Shown: positions 11,875-24,130 of the stretch, in pieces
Position numbering within the stretch: position 1 is the first letter of the stretch
Layout of the letters: every line of letters begins with the position of its first letter
Source of the DNA: Eledone cirrhosa
Lineage: Eukaryota
Length of the DNA stretch: 64,000 nt
Assembly: GCA_964016885.1 (NCBI GenBank)
Contig: OZ024743.1
Coordinates: 261,330,001 to 261,394,000 of the forward strand
Direction: 5' to 3'
Notes under the pieces: model-generated
The model's database searches: none
What the model was told of the DNA's origin: nothing
Seen by the model: only the letters and a program-made list of their open reading frames with translations
Translations under genes and position numbers: made by a program

Positions 11875-13215
11875 GCAATGGTAGAGGAAGACCAAGGAGA
11901 AGACTTGAGCAGAAGCAATGAAAGGTGGAAGGAAGTGATGGTAGAGGATGACCAAGGATAAGACTTGAGCAGAAGTGATGACAGGGGGAAAGGCGGTGTA
12001 GTAGAGGAAGACCAAGGATAAGACTTGAGCTGAATTGATGATGGGGAAGGAAGATGCAGTAGAGGAAGACCAAGGAGAAGACTTGAGCTGAAGTGATGAC
12101 AGGAGGAAGGAAGGTGCAGTAGAGGAAGACCAAGGAGAAGACTTGAGCTGAAGTGATGACAGGAGGAAGGAAGGTGCAGTAGAGGAAGACCAAGGATAAG
12201 ACTTGAGCTGAATTGATGACAGGAGGAAGGAAGGTGCAGTAGAGGAAGACCAAGGATAAGACTTGAGCTGAAGTGATGACAGGAGGAAGGAAGGTGCAGT
12301 AGAGGAAGACCAAGGATAAGACTTGAGCTGAATTGATGACGGGGAAGGAAGGTGCAGTAGAAGAAGACCAAGGATAAGACTTGAGCTGAAGTGATGACAG
12401 GAGGAAGGAAGGTGCAGTAGAGGAAGACCAAGGATAAGACTTGAGCTGAATTGATGATGGGGAAGGAAGATGCAGTAGAGGAAGACCAAGGAGAAGACTT
12501 GAGCTGAATTGATGACAGGAGGAAGGAAGGTGCAGTAGAGGAAGACCAAGGATAAGACTTGAGCTGAAGTGATGACAGGAGGAAGGAAGGTGCAGTAGAG
12601 GAAGACCAAGGATAAGACTTGAGCTGAATTGAGATGACAGGAGGAAGGAAGGTGCAGTAGAGGAAGACCAAGGAGAAGACTTGAGCTGAAGTGATGACAG
12701 GAGGAAGGAAGGTGCAGTAGAGGAAGACCAAGGATAAGACTTGAGCTGAAGTGATGACAGGGGGAAGGAAGGTGCAGTAGAGGAAGACCAAGGATAAGAC
12801 TTGAGCTGAAGTGATGACAGGGGGAAGGAAGGTGCAGTAGAGGAAGACCAAGGATAAGACTTGAGCTGAAGTGATGACAGGAGGAAGGAAGGTGCAGTAG
12901 AGGAAGACCAAGGAGAAGACTTGAGCTGAAGTGATGACAGGAGGAAGGAAGGTGCAGTAGAGGAAGACCAAGGATAAGACTTGAGCTGAAGTGATGACAG
13001 GGGGAAGGAAGGTGCAGTAGAGGAAGACCAAGGATAAGACTTGAGCTGAAGTGATGACAGGAGGAAGGAAGGTGCAGTAGAGGAAGACCAAGGATAAGAC
13101 TTGAGCTGAATTGATGATGGGGAAGGAAGATGCAGTAGAGGAAGACCAAGGAGAAGACTTGAGCTGAATTGATGACAGGAGGAAGGAAGGCGCAGTAGAG
13201 GAAGACTTGAGCAGA
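11875..13215 (+). repeat. 60-bp purine-rich minisatellite, about 22 copies, with 58-bp variants
   Basis: Unit GCAGTAGAGGAAGACCAAGGATAAGACTTGAGCTGAAGTGATGACAGGAGGAAGGAAGGT. Confidence 0.95.
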
Positions 13216-13809
13216 AGATCTGAAGGTGATGAACTTCATAAAAAAACAAAAGCAAGAGCAGAGAATCTACAGGGAAAGGAACCGTCCAACCTATGCAAAC
13301 AGAAAAACTGATGTAAAAATAATTCACTGAATGTGTACTCGTTTGAAATTGAGAAACTAGACTGAATATAAGTGAATTGAGAAAGTAACCACATTAAAAA
13401 AGACAACTACATGAACATAGAACGTAATGCGAATGAATGGCATATGATTTTATATTTGTTTTATTACTTATTCAACTCAAAATCACTCAAATATTGATGG
13501 TTAGAAAAGAAATTTTATTCAAAATATCACAGGCTTTAGTTTTTTTTTTAAATTTCTTTCACCAATAAATAGTACACAGATAAAAAGATAGTGCAGGAAT
13601 GAAAACAAGAATGAGCCTTAGCTGTTTGTTTAGGGAGTTATATAAATATATATTATGTGTGTATATGTGTTCTAAAGATAATAACACACATGCAGAAATA
13701 CCTTAGCTTGTTAGAAACTAGTGGTTACCAGTAAAGTCTTAAATAAGCCAATTTCTGGAGATATTTCTGTTCTTCATTTGTTGTATATAACTGTCGGAAG
13801 AAAAAAAAT

Positions 13810-14160
13810 AATTATTATTATTATGTTATTTCATTTAGATCTGTTCTGTTTCTCTATTGCCGAATTCAGGCCTTGAACCTTGGGCAATAGAGGTTTACAT
13901 TGTAGAGAAAGAACTCATCTAAGAATGTGTGCTGTTCCTAGTAGCCCAATCTTCTGTAGTTCATATTTGCTGATCTTGCAGGGAAGGATGCTAAGATGCA
14001 GGTCTGATGATTTGGGTATTAATCCTAATGCTCTTATTACCACAAGGATAATCTTTGTGGTTTGATCTCTATTTCTAGATCTTTTCTATTTTGACAGTTT
14101 TTTCCATTGGTTTTACAGATGTATTCTTGTCAGCTGGTACAGAAATATCTATAAGGCTAC
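13810..14160 (-). mobile_element. R4/Dong-clade LINE 3' fragment (end of restriction-like endonuclease)
   Basis: Reverse strand reads IDISVPADKN...KIILVVIRALGLIP...LQKIGLLGTAHILR, followed by a (TAA)n tail. Confidence 0.7.
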
Positions 14161-14169
14161 AGGGTAACA

Positions 14170-14472
14170 TCTTCTCCCTCTTTCTGTCACACACACACAC
14201 TCTATCTCTCTCTCTCTCTAAACAAATGACATTCCTTTTCTCTCTCTATCTATGTACATATCTCTCGCTTGGCACCCCCCCCCTCTCTCTCTCTCTCAAT
14301 AGAGATGAGGGTGACGTCATAACTTTCTGTCACCTCAAAAACGCATGGCCTTCCCTTGTCTCTGTCTCTATCTATCTATATATCTCCCACTTGGCGCTAC
14401 CCCTCTCAATACAAAGTGAGTGTGACAGCTGGATGGACAGACAGACAGCCGGTGCTCTTATTATAATATAGA
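14170..14472 (-). mobile_element. Non-autonomous Helitron-like 5' fragment
   Basis: Minus strand begins TCTATATTATAATAAG...(TGTC)n, resembling the start of 51704-52201. Confidence 0.45.
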
Positions 14473-14954
14473 TTAGTAGTAGTAGTAGTAATAGTAATAA
14501 TGGAGAGAAAAAGCATGCTTGCAATATTTGGTTAGCCAAACACCACCTATGAAAGCACATGACTTGGTGATTAGGGTGCTGGGTCCATTGTCATAAGGTC
14601 ATGAGTTCATTGTCCAGACCTGATGGTGTGTTGTGTCCTTGGGCAATATTTTTTCTTTCACGTTGCTCTAGTCCACTCAGTTGGTAAAAGTGAATTGCAA
14701 CAACACTGATGCCAAACTGTATTGATCTTTACCTTTCACTTGGACAACATCATATATAATGTTTATAGGTGTGTATATATAGTGTATATATGCAATGTGT
14801 ATAGTGTATATATATAGTGTAAAACTAGAATATATATATATATATATAAGCACAAAAAACATCCCAAAAGTGCAACTTGGGAAGACTGCAGCAGTCCAAC
14901 TTGCCAGGAAAGAACGTTGTAATGCTGAACGGGAATACAAACTGCTAAAGCTTT

Positions 14955-16150
14955 TAATTCTGTGCCTCACAAAAGACTTGTGGCAAAACTCTCTGCAATG
15001 GGTGTGAAAGATGATCTTTTCAACTGGTTGAAGTCCTTTATTCTCAGTCAAAAAGAGGTAGTTATAGTTCTAGGACAGCATTCTTCACCCTATGAGATGT
15101 CATCTAGTGTACCACAGGGATCTGTTCTTGGTCCACTTTTGTTTGTTGCATATATTAATGACATAGATTCCAACTTAAAGAATGTGACAGTACTGAAATA
15201 TGCAGATGACATCAAGCTGTACCTTGAGATAAAAAGGACAGATCCTGAAATCTATAGATCTTTCCTGCAATCAGACCTGGACACAATACAGCAATGGATC
15301 ATGGACTGGCAACTCAAGCAGGCTGTGGACAAGTGTACCACCATGCATTTTTGGAGGAAAAGCCAGCATCCACATACTCCCTCCACAACAATAATATCAA
15401 GAAGTTTTCTTGTGAATGTGACCTGGGCATTACTGTCAGCAGCGTTGGACAAGCACATCTCTATCTCTAAAATTGTCAAGAAGGCCGAGTGTGTCTTGAC
15501 ATCACTCAGCAAGACCTTTCTCAGCTGCTCTCCAGCTATCTATTTAAAGCTGTATATAGCTATGGTGTGGCCACACTTAGAATTTGCATCACCAATCTGG
15601 AGCTCCTATCTTGCTCAGAACATTGACCGCCTGGAAACTGTTCAGAGACGTGCAACCAAGCGAATACCCTCCATCAGGTATCTACCATACTCTGAACGCC
15701 TTGCTTCTCTGGGCATGGATCTATTGAAGCTCCGACACTTGGCAACTGACTTGTTAAACACCCACAAAATTATTAACCATCTTGCCAACAAACAACCCTG
15801 AGCGCCTTTTTGATTTCCATGTGTCTAACACACATGGGCATGCCTACAAAGTCAGAAAACAGCACAGCTCCCATGACTTTTGGGAACATTTTTTTCACTC
15901 TCAGAGTTGCTGAAGCATGGAACAAACTACCTGCATCAGTTGTTAGCTGTCAAGACACTGCATCCTTTAAAACCTCCATGCTGCCTTAAATTCGCCAACA
16001 CTACACCTGATATCCCTGCTCCATACACACACACACACACATTTATATCATGATTCATACACTATTCACTTTCCTGACATTTATACATTATTCTATGTAC
16101 TATACATGCACCTGAGTTGTAGTGCACCAGAGCACTGTACACAATAATTT
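14955..16150 (+). mobile_element. 5'-truncated CR1/L2 LINE (RT and 3' end)
   Basis: VPQGSVLGPLLF, YADD, PHLEFASPIWS, LETVQRRATKRIP, YSERL. Confidence 0.9.
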
Positions 16151-16613
16151 CATTATCTATTTATTAATTTCAAAAACGTCAGTATTCCGTGTGTCATAAT
16201 TCTCGATTATCATTGGTTCATAGGTTTCAAACGACTCCGCCCTCCTCAACAACGCCACACTGAAATTAATATGCATAATGCCAATGACAGAGTGAGAGGG
16301 GAGAGTGTGAATGCTGTGTTCAATAACTATTAACATGTGTGCATGTGTATGTACGTGCGCATATGTTTATGTGTGTGTGCATGCGTGCAGCGTTCCACAG
16401 AAAGTAAAAACTATCAACATGTGTGAGTGTGTGTGTAAGTTTGCGTGCGTGTGCGCGTTTCCATGCGTGTATGTGTGTGTACGTGCGGTATCCCACAATC
16501 GCCATGTAGTTTATCTGTCTGTGTGCCTGTCTGTCAGTCTAACATACACAGAGTTGTGAAGGGAGTAAATAGGGACCTTTCTTTACATTGACGGACATCT
16601 TTTATATTTATTA

Positions 16614-18410
16614 TTGTGTCATTTTTTATACACTAGGCTCGAAATGAACACTGATAATAAAAGCAATTTGACTTTATCAAACAGTGAACTACAGCAGCGA
16701 CGGCGTGCATCCAGCAATGAAGAAAAGCGGGCTGCCTTGGATGAAGAGGAGCTGGCTGAACAGCGCCAGTGCAATACAGAAGTTCAGAGAATGTGTCGCC
16801 AAAGTGCTCCTCATTCCAGTAAAGAGGTTAGAAGGCGAATGAATGATATTAAAAATGGATCATGGCAACCGAGTCATTTTCAGATTGGTGGACGAGCAGG
16901 GTGTCCACATTGTGGAGCATTGCTTTGGAGGCATGAAAAGACGTGGACTACAATGTGCTGTCATAAAGGAGCAGTTCAACTAGAACCCTTGCGAATGCCG
17001 GATGATGAGGAGTCACCGGAGTTTAAAATACTAAGTATGTGGGGTGATCAAGGAGACCGAGGTAGATTACTGCGCAAATATTCGCAGCAAATTAACAATT
17101 CATTAGCTTTAGCATCGCAGAGAGTTAGTGAGATGTTTGAGAGTGGAGCATGGCAACTGAATGTAGTCATTCAAGGCCGTTTGTATCATTGTATCGGTAA
17201 TTTAGAAGTTACCCCAGGAGAGAGGCCTCGATTTGCTCAAATTTACATTAACGATCCAGATTATAGTGAATCGGAGGAGGATATCAGGATCGGTTGGATG
17301 AAGTTGCCGGGAAATATAACTGAACTTGAACGGCAAAGGTTAAGTGATTTGATCCGTGATTCGCAATCATGGCTTAGATAGTGTAATCCTTATGTTATAG
17401 ATTTCATGTTGGTGGCTGAACTGCAAAATGTTCAGCAGCAAACATTGGTGATTAAGGCTGACGCAGTGCCAAGGAATCAACACGAACGGCAATATAATGC
17501 CCCTGAAGGATTTTGTGAAGTTGCTGTGTTGATGGACGATAAGCCTGGATCGAGAGATATCGTCCTCCATCGCAGAGATGGTGGTCTCAAGACTATCAAT
17601 GAGTCAAATAGGGCATACGATACATTGCATTATGTTCTTTTATTCCCAAAAGGTGAAAATGGATGGAACATGTCTGTTCATTTAGATGATCATGAGAATC
17701 AGCATCAACAGGGAGGTGGCAATAGACACAATAATTCGATTCGCGACTTTTACGCGTTCTATTTGAACGAGAGGAATCAACAGAGAAATGCGCTATTTCA
17801 AGCCAGCAGATTGTTCCAGGAATACTGTTGTATGGCATTCGCAAAGATCAAAAATCAAAGGCTAAATTATATAGCTACACATCAGCAACATATCAGAGCT
17901 GAATTGTATAATAATATACAGGATGCAATAACAGCCGATGATGCCAATTACAAGCAAATTGGTCGACACATCATTTTGCCATCGTCGTTCATCGGCGGCC
18001 CGAGATATATGAACATTCGCTATCAGGATGCAATGGCTATTGTCAGAAAGTTTGGAAAGCCAGATTTGTTTATAACGGTTACATGCAATCCTGAATAGAC
18101 TGATATTAAGGATGCACTTTTGCCAGGACAACAGCCAAAGGACCGTCCTGATATTGTGGCAAGAGTATTCAAAGGATATCTGAAAAAGATAATGGATGAT
18201 GTGGAAAAAGAGGGAATCTTTGGAGGTATAGTTGCTTTTACATACGTAATTGAATTCCAAAAAAGAGGATTGCCACATGCACATTTGCTGATCATTTTAC
18301 ATAGAGATTGCAAATTGAGATGTGCTGAGGATGTCAACAGCATTGTGTGTGCTGAACTGCCGGAGAATGAGGCACTACGCAACTTGGTGGCAAAGTCAAT
18401 GGTGCACAAC
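16614..18410 (+). pseudogene. Helitron Rep (HUH endonuclease) fragment; helicase absent
   Basis: Zinc finger CPHCGA...CCHKG, RFAQIY, YNAP, LPSSFIGGPRYM..RYQDAMA, GKPDLFITVTCNP, VIEFQKRGLPHAH. Contains frameshifts and stops and is truncated at a SINE. Confidence 0.92.
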
Positions 18411-18520
18411 CCGCCAAGGTTAACTTTGCTTTTCATCCTTACGGGGTCAATAAAATAAAGCACCAGTAAGGCACTGGGGTAATTGCTGGCCTTGTGCCAA
18501 AAGTAGAAATAATTATTATT
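18410..18520 (+). mobile_element. SINE 3' fragment ((ATT)n-tailed family)
   Basis: Matches 45471-45658. Confidence 0.85.
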
Positions 18521-18746
18521 TCCACATTAGTGTGGATTGCACCAGACATTTTGAGGCAGTGCTTTATGATCAGAGGCCCTTCCTGATGTCAACCTTTTAG
18601 TCACTTCTCACGGCATGTAGTGGTATGTTGTAGCCAGGTGGGCTCCCCCTACCCCTCATCAAACTGAGCCCCCTCCTCCTCCTGAACAGAACCCTTTCTT
18701 CTCTTGCTCTCTCTCCTCCTGCTTATGTGTGTGTGCGTATATATAT

Positions 18747-19291
18747 TGTAGCAAGCTACTTTCCTTTGGCGCATTGATAGGCTATTCGTGCGTGATTTGG
18801 CTAAGTCAGGCCAATCGTGAGCTGCACACAGATATATATTTCCAACTTCCGCCTAAACTGAGATTTTCACGCTTTCTTTTGATATACTGTCTCTTGCAGC
18901 TTTGATCATGGAAAGGTAAACACCATTTTTCTTTTGCCGTTCAACCACTAGCCAATATGTAACGACAACAACATAACTGCAGCCTGGCCAGCATCTCAGC
19001 CAGTTGACCGTACCTTCTAAACTCTTAATTTGTTTATTCCTTTGTTTGGCATGCCTGCTCAACCTTTGTAATTGGTTTGTAAATAAATTATGTAAAAACA
19101 TTGTAAAGTCTTGTGATGTTATTACCACAGCCATAGCCTTTAAATGTGATATGAAAATATCCTTTACAGAGTTATTATCACTGCAGCAACAGAACCTGGG
19201 ACTTACAGCCAAACCTCAATTCAACAAACATTGCCATATAACAAAACCGTTACATTTATTGATATAACCAAACCATACCTTTCCTGCTACA
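18747..19291 (+). mobile_element. Solo LTR related to the LTRs at 31832-32416 and 34104-34688
   Basis: TGTAGCA...TGCTACA inverted termini, 545 bp. Shares gtgcgtgatttggct.agt..gccaatc with those LTRs. TSD not conserved. Confidence 0.65.
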
Positions 19292-21058
19292 ACAAAATAC
19301 ATCATTATTATTATTATTGTTGTTGACATTATTATTGCATAGCATAATATTATTTTTCTGCTAAATTGGTGACTATTAATTATCTGCTATATTGGTGACC
19401 TCTGTTGATACAAATATTATTATCATTACTATTATTCAGCTAAAATATATATAAGCAATGTATGAAGCTGAATTCTCAGGCTTTTAAGCACTGAGAATAT
19501 ACATATATAAAGGATGAGGGGCCCACAAAAACTGAACTGCCCCAGACACCCCCCAAAGTCTAAATCTGGTCCTGGTTGTAGCTTTTCTCTCACTAGCCTA
19601 GTCTACCTTTAAGACACTTCTCACAGCATGTAGTGATATAGTGTGGTTGTTCTAATTTTTGTTAGTTTAGTCACCTCTCATGAAATGAAGTGATATGGTA
19701 TAGCTAATCTATCTCTCGTTAGTCCAGTCCACTTATACAACCCTGATCCAAAGAATTTCTAGCAATGATGATCTCATATATTTATAATCAAGGATTTCTA
19801 CATTGTCCAATGTAGTAATCTTGTTTTTTAAAATGGTTCAGTGTGATTTAAGGGAGATTTTGTTGCTATTTTTAATAAGTCAGGTGATCACATAGGTATT
19901 CTTTCCTTGATTATACATCAATGAATTAGTTAAGGGTTTTCATATTTTCAGAGGACCACAAATTTATAAAAGAAGGACCATATTTGAAATCAAACTGCTT
20001 GGCAGCTCCCTTTATAGTGAAGGTGAGTTCAGGGATTAGTGTGTTGGTTTCACAATTGCAAAATTGAGGGTTCAATCCTTAGGTTAGGAAGCACTTTGTG
20101 TCCTTGAGCAAGGCACTTCATTTCAAGTTGTTAAATACCACCCAAAAGAGAGTGTTTTACTTTTGGTTGCTTAACTTAATATGAAACTAGGATAATCTCT
20201 GGGCAGTGATGTACCTTTAGTACATCACTGGTACCTATTGTCTTTGCTTTTTCAACACAAAAATCTTCACTGAAGTTGGTGGGATTTGAACCAAGAACAG
20301 TGAAAATATAATTAAATCCCTCTCAGTCATATCACCACCTACATAGAATTCACTGATCCCGTAACTCCTAATAGAATCATAGGGATGCCGTCTTGGGCAT
20401 TTTAAAACCTGGCCATGCCCATCCCTCTCCAAATTTTACTACAGCTGATTTCTTCCAGAGAGAGAAAGAAAGAAAAAAAAAAAGAAAACTTGACTACCCC
20501 AGTTCTAGACTGGTACTTCATTTATTGACCCAGAAAAAATGAAAGGTAAAGTCAGTGTCAGCAAGATTTGAACTCAAAGTGCAGAGAGCTAGAAGGAATG
20601 CTGAAAAACATTATCTGATGCCCTAATGACTCTGCCAATTAACCACATTTCCATAGAATTAATTGGTGATAAACAAAGCATCTTACCTTATTTGTATTTT
20701 GGGGTATAGTACTTTTGATAGTTATTTCTGGCAGGTATATTGGTGCTTTCCCAAACGACTGATGATGTGAAACCTTTCTATCTCTTATGGTGTTTATATT
20801 ATATGTGGTAGGGCTGAAAATAATTATAAAAACTTTTGAAAATTAACATTGGCATCTACAATTTTATTATGAAATATTTCATTTTGCAGCAACAGCAGTG
20901 GCAGCAGCAGCAGCAGTTTAACTTCAGTTCAGGCCCAGCAAACCTAAACCATTTTCACAATGTTGTAGGACAGACACAAGTTGCTGAAGGAAATCAGTAG
21001 CTGCAAGTGAGTGCTGACTTGCTTTGTAAAGATCCATCCAAACCATGCTAGCATAGAA

Positions 21059-21250
21059 AATAATTGTTTCTACGTTAGGCACAAGGCCAGCAATTACCCA
21101 GTGTATTACTGGTACTTTATTTTATCGACCCGTAAGGATGAAAGGCAAAGTTAACCTCGGCGGGATTTGAACTCAGAATGGCAAGAGCCGTAACTCTATG
21201 CGTCAAAGCATGGCGTCCGACCCTCTACCGATACTGCCAATCCACTGCCT
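21059..21250 (-). mobile_element. Full tRNA-derived SINE ((ATT)n-tailed family)
   Basis: A and B boxes, central gcctttcatccttacgggtcgataaaataaagtaccag domain, 3' ccttgtgcctaacgtagaaacaatt. Confidence 0.9.
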
Positions 21251-22024
21251 TATAGAAAATAATGATAATGCTATATTATCATCACCATCTTCATTTAACA
21301 TCCATTTTTCTCTGCTAGTAAGGGTTTTTACAGACCAATTCAGTACTCCATCTGAGCCACTGTCCTTGCAGGCAGGCTGAGAGAGCCCTATTTCACTTAC
21401 ATAGGTTCCTTCACTTTACCGTGTGTACTGGGTGCATTTCATCATAGCTCAAGCACTAGGGATGTTGTCATACTCTTAATACAACTGAATGATCCTCTCA
21501 ACCCTATGTTTAGTAAGTTTTCTAAGGCTGGTGCCATTCCTAATACCAACTACTTCAGAGAGTATATAGGATACGTTTTATTGTGGAATCTAAACTAAGG
21601 AGGTTGTTGTGCCATTGACACAACTAAAGGGTCCTTTCAACTCTTTGTTTGGCATGTTTTCTATAGCTGAATGCTATTCCTAAATCCAACCACTTGAGTG
21701 CACTGTATGCATTTTTCATGGCACCAGCACTAGAGAGTTTGTCAGGTTTGTAACTAGAGAATCCACTAAACCTTTTTGACATGGCTTCTGTGGCAGGGTG
21801 CTCTTCCTGACAGCAGCAACTTTGAAGAGTACACTGGGAGTGTTTTATCATGTCATCAGTATTATTATCATGTCATCAATGACTTGACAGAAAGCCCTCT
21901 CTACCCTATGATGGAGGGGGGATAGTTTTAAAAATGGCCTGTTTAAGGGTGGGAGCAGGATTGGAGTATGAAGGCCGACAAGTATGATAATATGTGTATG
22001 TGATAATAGGTGGGTGGTGGGATG

Positions 22025-22196
22025 CAGGGCCTATGAGGGGGGAGGGGTGCAGTCCAGCCAGTACTCTGTTCCAGGTCCCAAGAGCTAAAAAAGCCCCACA
22101 GCAACTATGCAACATTCATTTTGAGAAAAATCTTTGCCTGCTTCGGGCCACAAAGGGGTCTTGTACCACCTTGCAAAATTTCTCTTAGAGGCCCTG
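22025..22196. mobile_element. hAT-type MITE
   Basis: TIR cagggcct/aggccctg; 8-bp TSD gtgggatg/gtaggatg with one mismatch. Confidence 0.7.
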
Positions 22197-22689
22197 GTAG
22201 GATGGGTAAGAGAAGAGGATGAGTATGCTATATAAAGTGATAGAAAGTTACAGAAAGAGCCATTGTATAATTGATTAGGGATCAAATTAACCTAGATGAG
22301 ATGCAGTTTGGATTTGTGTCCAGTAAAAGTACCACTGATGCCCACTTCTTTGTAAAGCAACTGTAGGAGAAGTACCTAGCTAAAAGTAAACCCTTCTACT
22401 TGGCAATTGTTGACCTGGAGAAAGGGAGAAGGAGGAAGAGGTTTCTTTCTAAAAAGAAGACCAACAATACCACCAACAACATTATAATAAAAATAACAAA
22501 CTTTAAGTACCTGAGGTAACTTGATTTAGTGTGATATAAGAGTCTCTTGGAGCCAAAGCCAAAAGGTTTTGCTGCAGGTTTCAAGCAGATAGGTTCTGTA
22601 GGATTCTGTTGATATTCAGTGGGACATGGGGTTGACATCTACAAAACATTAACAGTCCCTCTGTTGTTATTCTCCAATTCTCAGTTGGA

Positions 22690-23053
22690 AATAGTGAATA
22701 CAATAAATGAAATGGATATACATTTGGCAGAAAAATTATACACAAATGACCAAGCATAAATGAGTTGAGAGAGAAACTGTGTATAAAAGGGATAAGTTGT
22801 AGTGTGCGGGAGAGAAGACTGCGATGGTATGGACATGTGATGCGCATGGAGGATGACCGCTGGGTAAAGAAGTGCCAAGAAATCCCAGTAGCCAGATGTG
22901 GTGAGAGCAGACCTCAGATCGTTGAAGCTCACAGAGGAGAATACCAAGGACCGGGACAAGTGGAGAGATGCTGTGCTGAATAGGACCCGTCCTACCCTTG
23001 CAAGCAGGGAAAAGCAGACGTAAAATGATGATGATGATGATGATGATGATGAT
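22690..23053 (+). mobile_element. RTE 3' end with (GAT)n tail
   Basis: RERRLRWYGHVMRMEDDRWVKKC, then a (GAT)n tail. Confidence 0.88.
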
Positions 23054-23106
23054 ACATATATATATATATATATATAATTATCATTGATAGATAGATAGAA
23101 AGATAG

Positions 23107-23540
23107 ATCATCATCATCATTATCATCAACATCATCATTTTTACATCCATTTTTCCATGTTTGCATGGGTTGGATGGGTCCTTTTTAGCACAGCATTTCT
23201 CCACTTGCCACATTCCTTTGTTATCTCCTCTGAGTCTCAGCGATTTGAGATCATTTCTCATTACCTCTGCTCAGGTCTTCATTGGTCTACCTCTACTGCA
23301 GCTTCCTTCCACTGGGATCTCCTGGCACCTCTTCACCCAGTGATCACAGGTCCTTATCATCCATATGCATCACATGTCCTTACCAACGTAGTCTTCTCTC
23401 TTGCACACCTCTTAAACCCAGTTTCTCCCTCAATTCATCCAAACTCTGCCTTTACATTTACTTTGCATATCCAATGAAGCATAGTTGCTTCATCTCTCTC
23501 CAGACTATGCATGTCCTCTGCAGTCACTGCCCATGTTTTA
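23107..23540 (-). mobile_element. RTE 3' end, tail-to-tail with the previous copy
   Basis: Degenerate RRLR.GHVM...RGRP.KT region and (GAT)n tail. Confidence 0.85.
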
Positions 23541-24130
23541 TATATATAAAGTGAACAGGGTACTGGGAAAAAATAGGCAAAATTTGTTGAAATTCGAAGA
23601 AAGATTTATTACATAATAGTGTTTCTCACATATGTTCAATGCAATTATGCAATCGCTCAGGAGAGCTGAAAAATTATTATACAATCCACTATTAGCATTT
23701 TATCAGAGAGATCAGGAGGATAGCTAAAGTTCTGTGGACCAGGTCATGTTTATATAGTAAATCCAGCATATTGATAGGTACATCCTCAAAGTATTTATTA
23801 TCATTCTTCATATCCACAGCAGTTGTTAACAGGGACTCTCACCCTTTGAGATGTTTCACTGCATTGTCCCTTGTCACCAGTAGTTTCCATGTTATGAATT
23901 TTGTTGAAAAACAATCTTCTGAAAATTAATACTGCTGACTCCTCCGTAGTGTGTGTGTGTGTGTGTAGGGGTCACAAGACCACAACAGCCCCACTTGTGA
24001 CAAGCAGGTCAGTTCCTCCAAACACTTGTCAAGTTTAAAACTCAAACAAAAGGTTAGAGCCAGTTCAAAAAAATTAATCATTGAAAATTTATCAGAGCAG
24101 ATATGGAGTGTGGATTTCTCTTCAGAAGAC

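Noticed and set aside
11875-13215. CRISPR-like regular repeats (also 7758-8090 and 45115-45955)
   Set aside because: Head-to-tail tandem units with no unique spacers and no cas genes, in a eukaryotic context.
11675-13327. Three overlapping 414-550 aa ORFs on the minus strand
   Set aside because: The pyrimidine-rich strand of the 60-bp minisatellite lacks stop codons in all frames, so these are not evidence of a gene.
20759-20795. CTGATGA-tgt-GAAAC hammerhead-like string
   Set aside because: No stem II, G at the cleavage position and no convincing stem I; likely chance.
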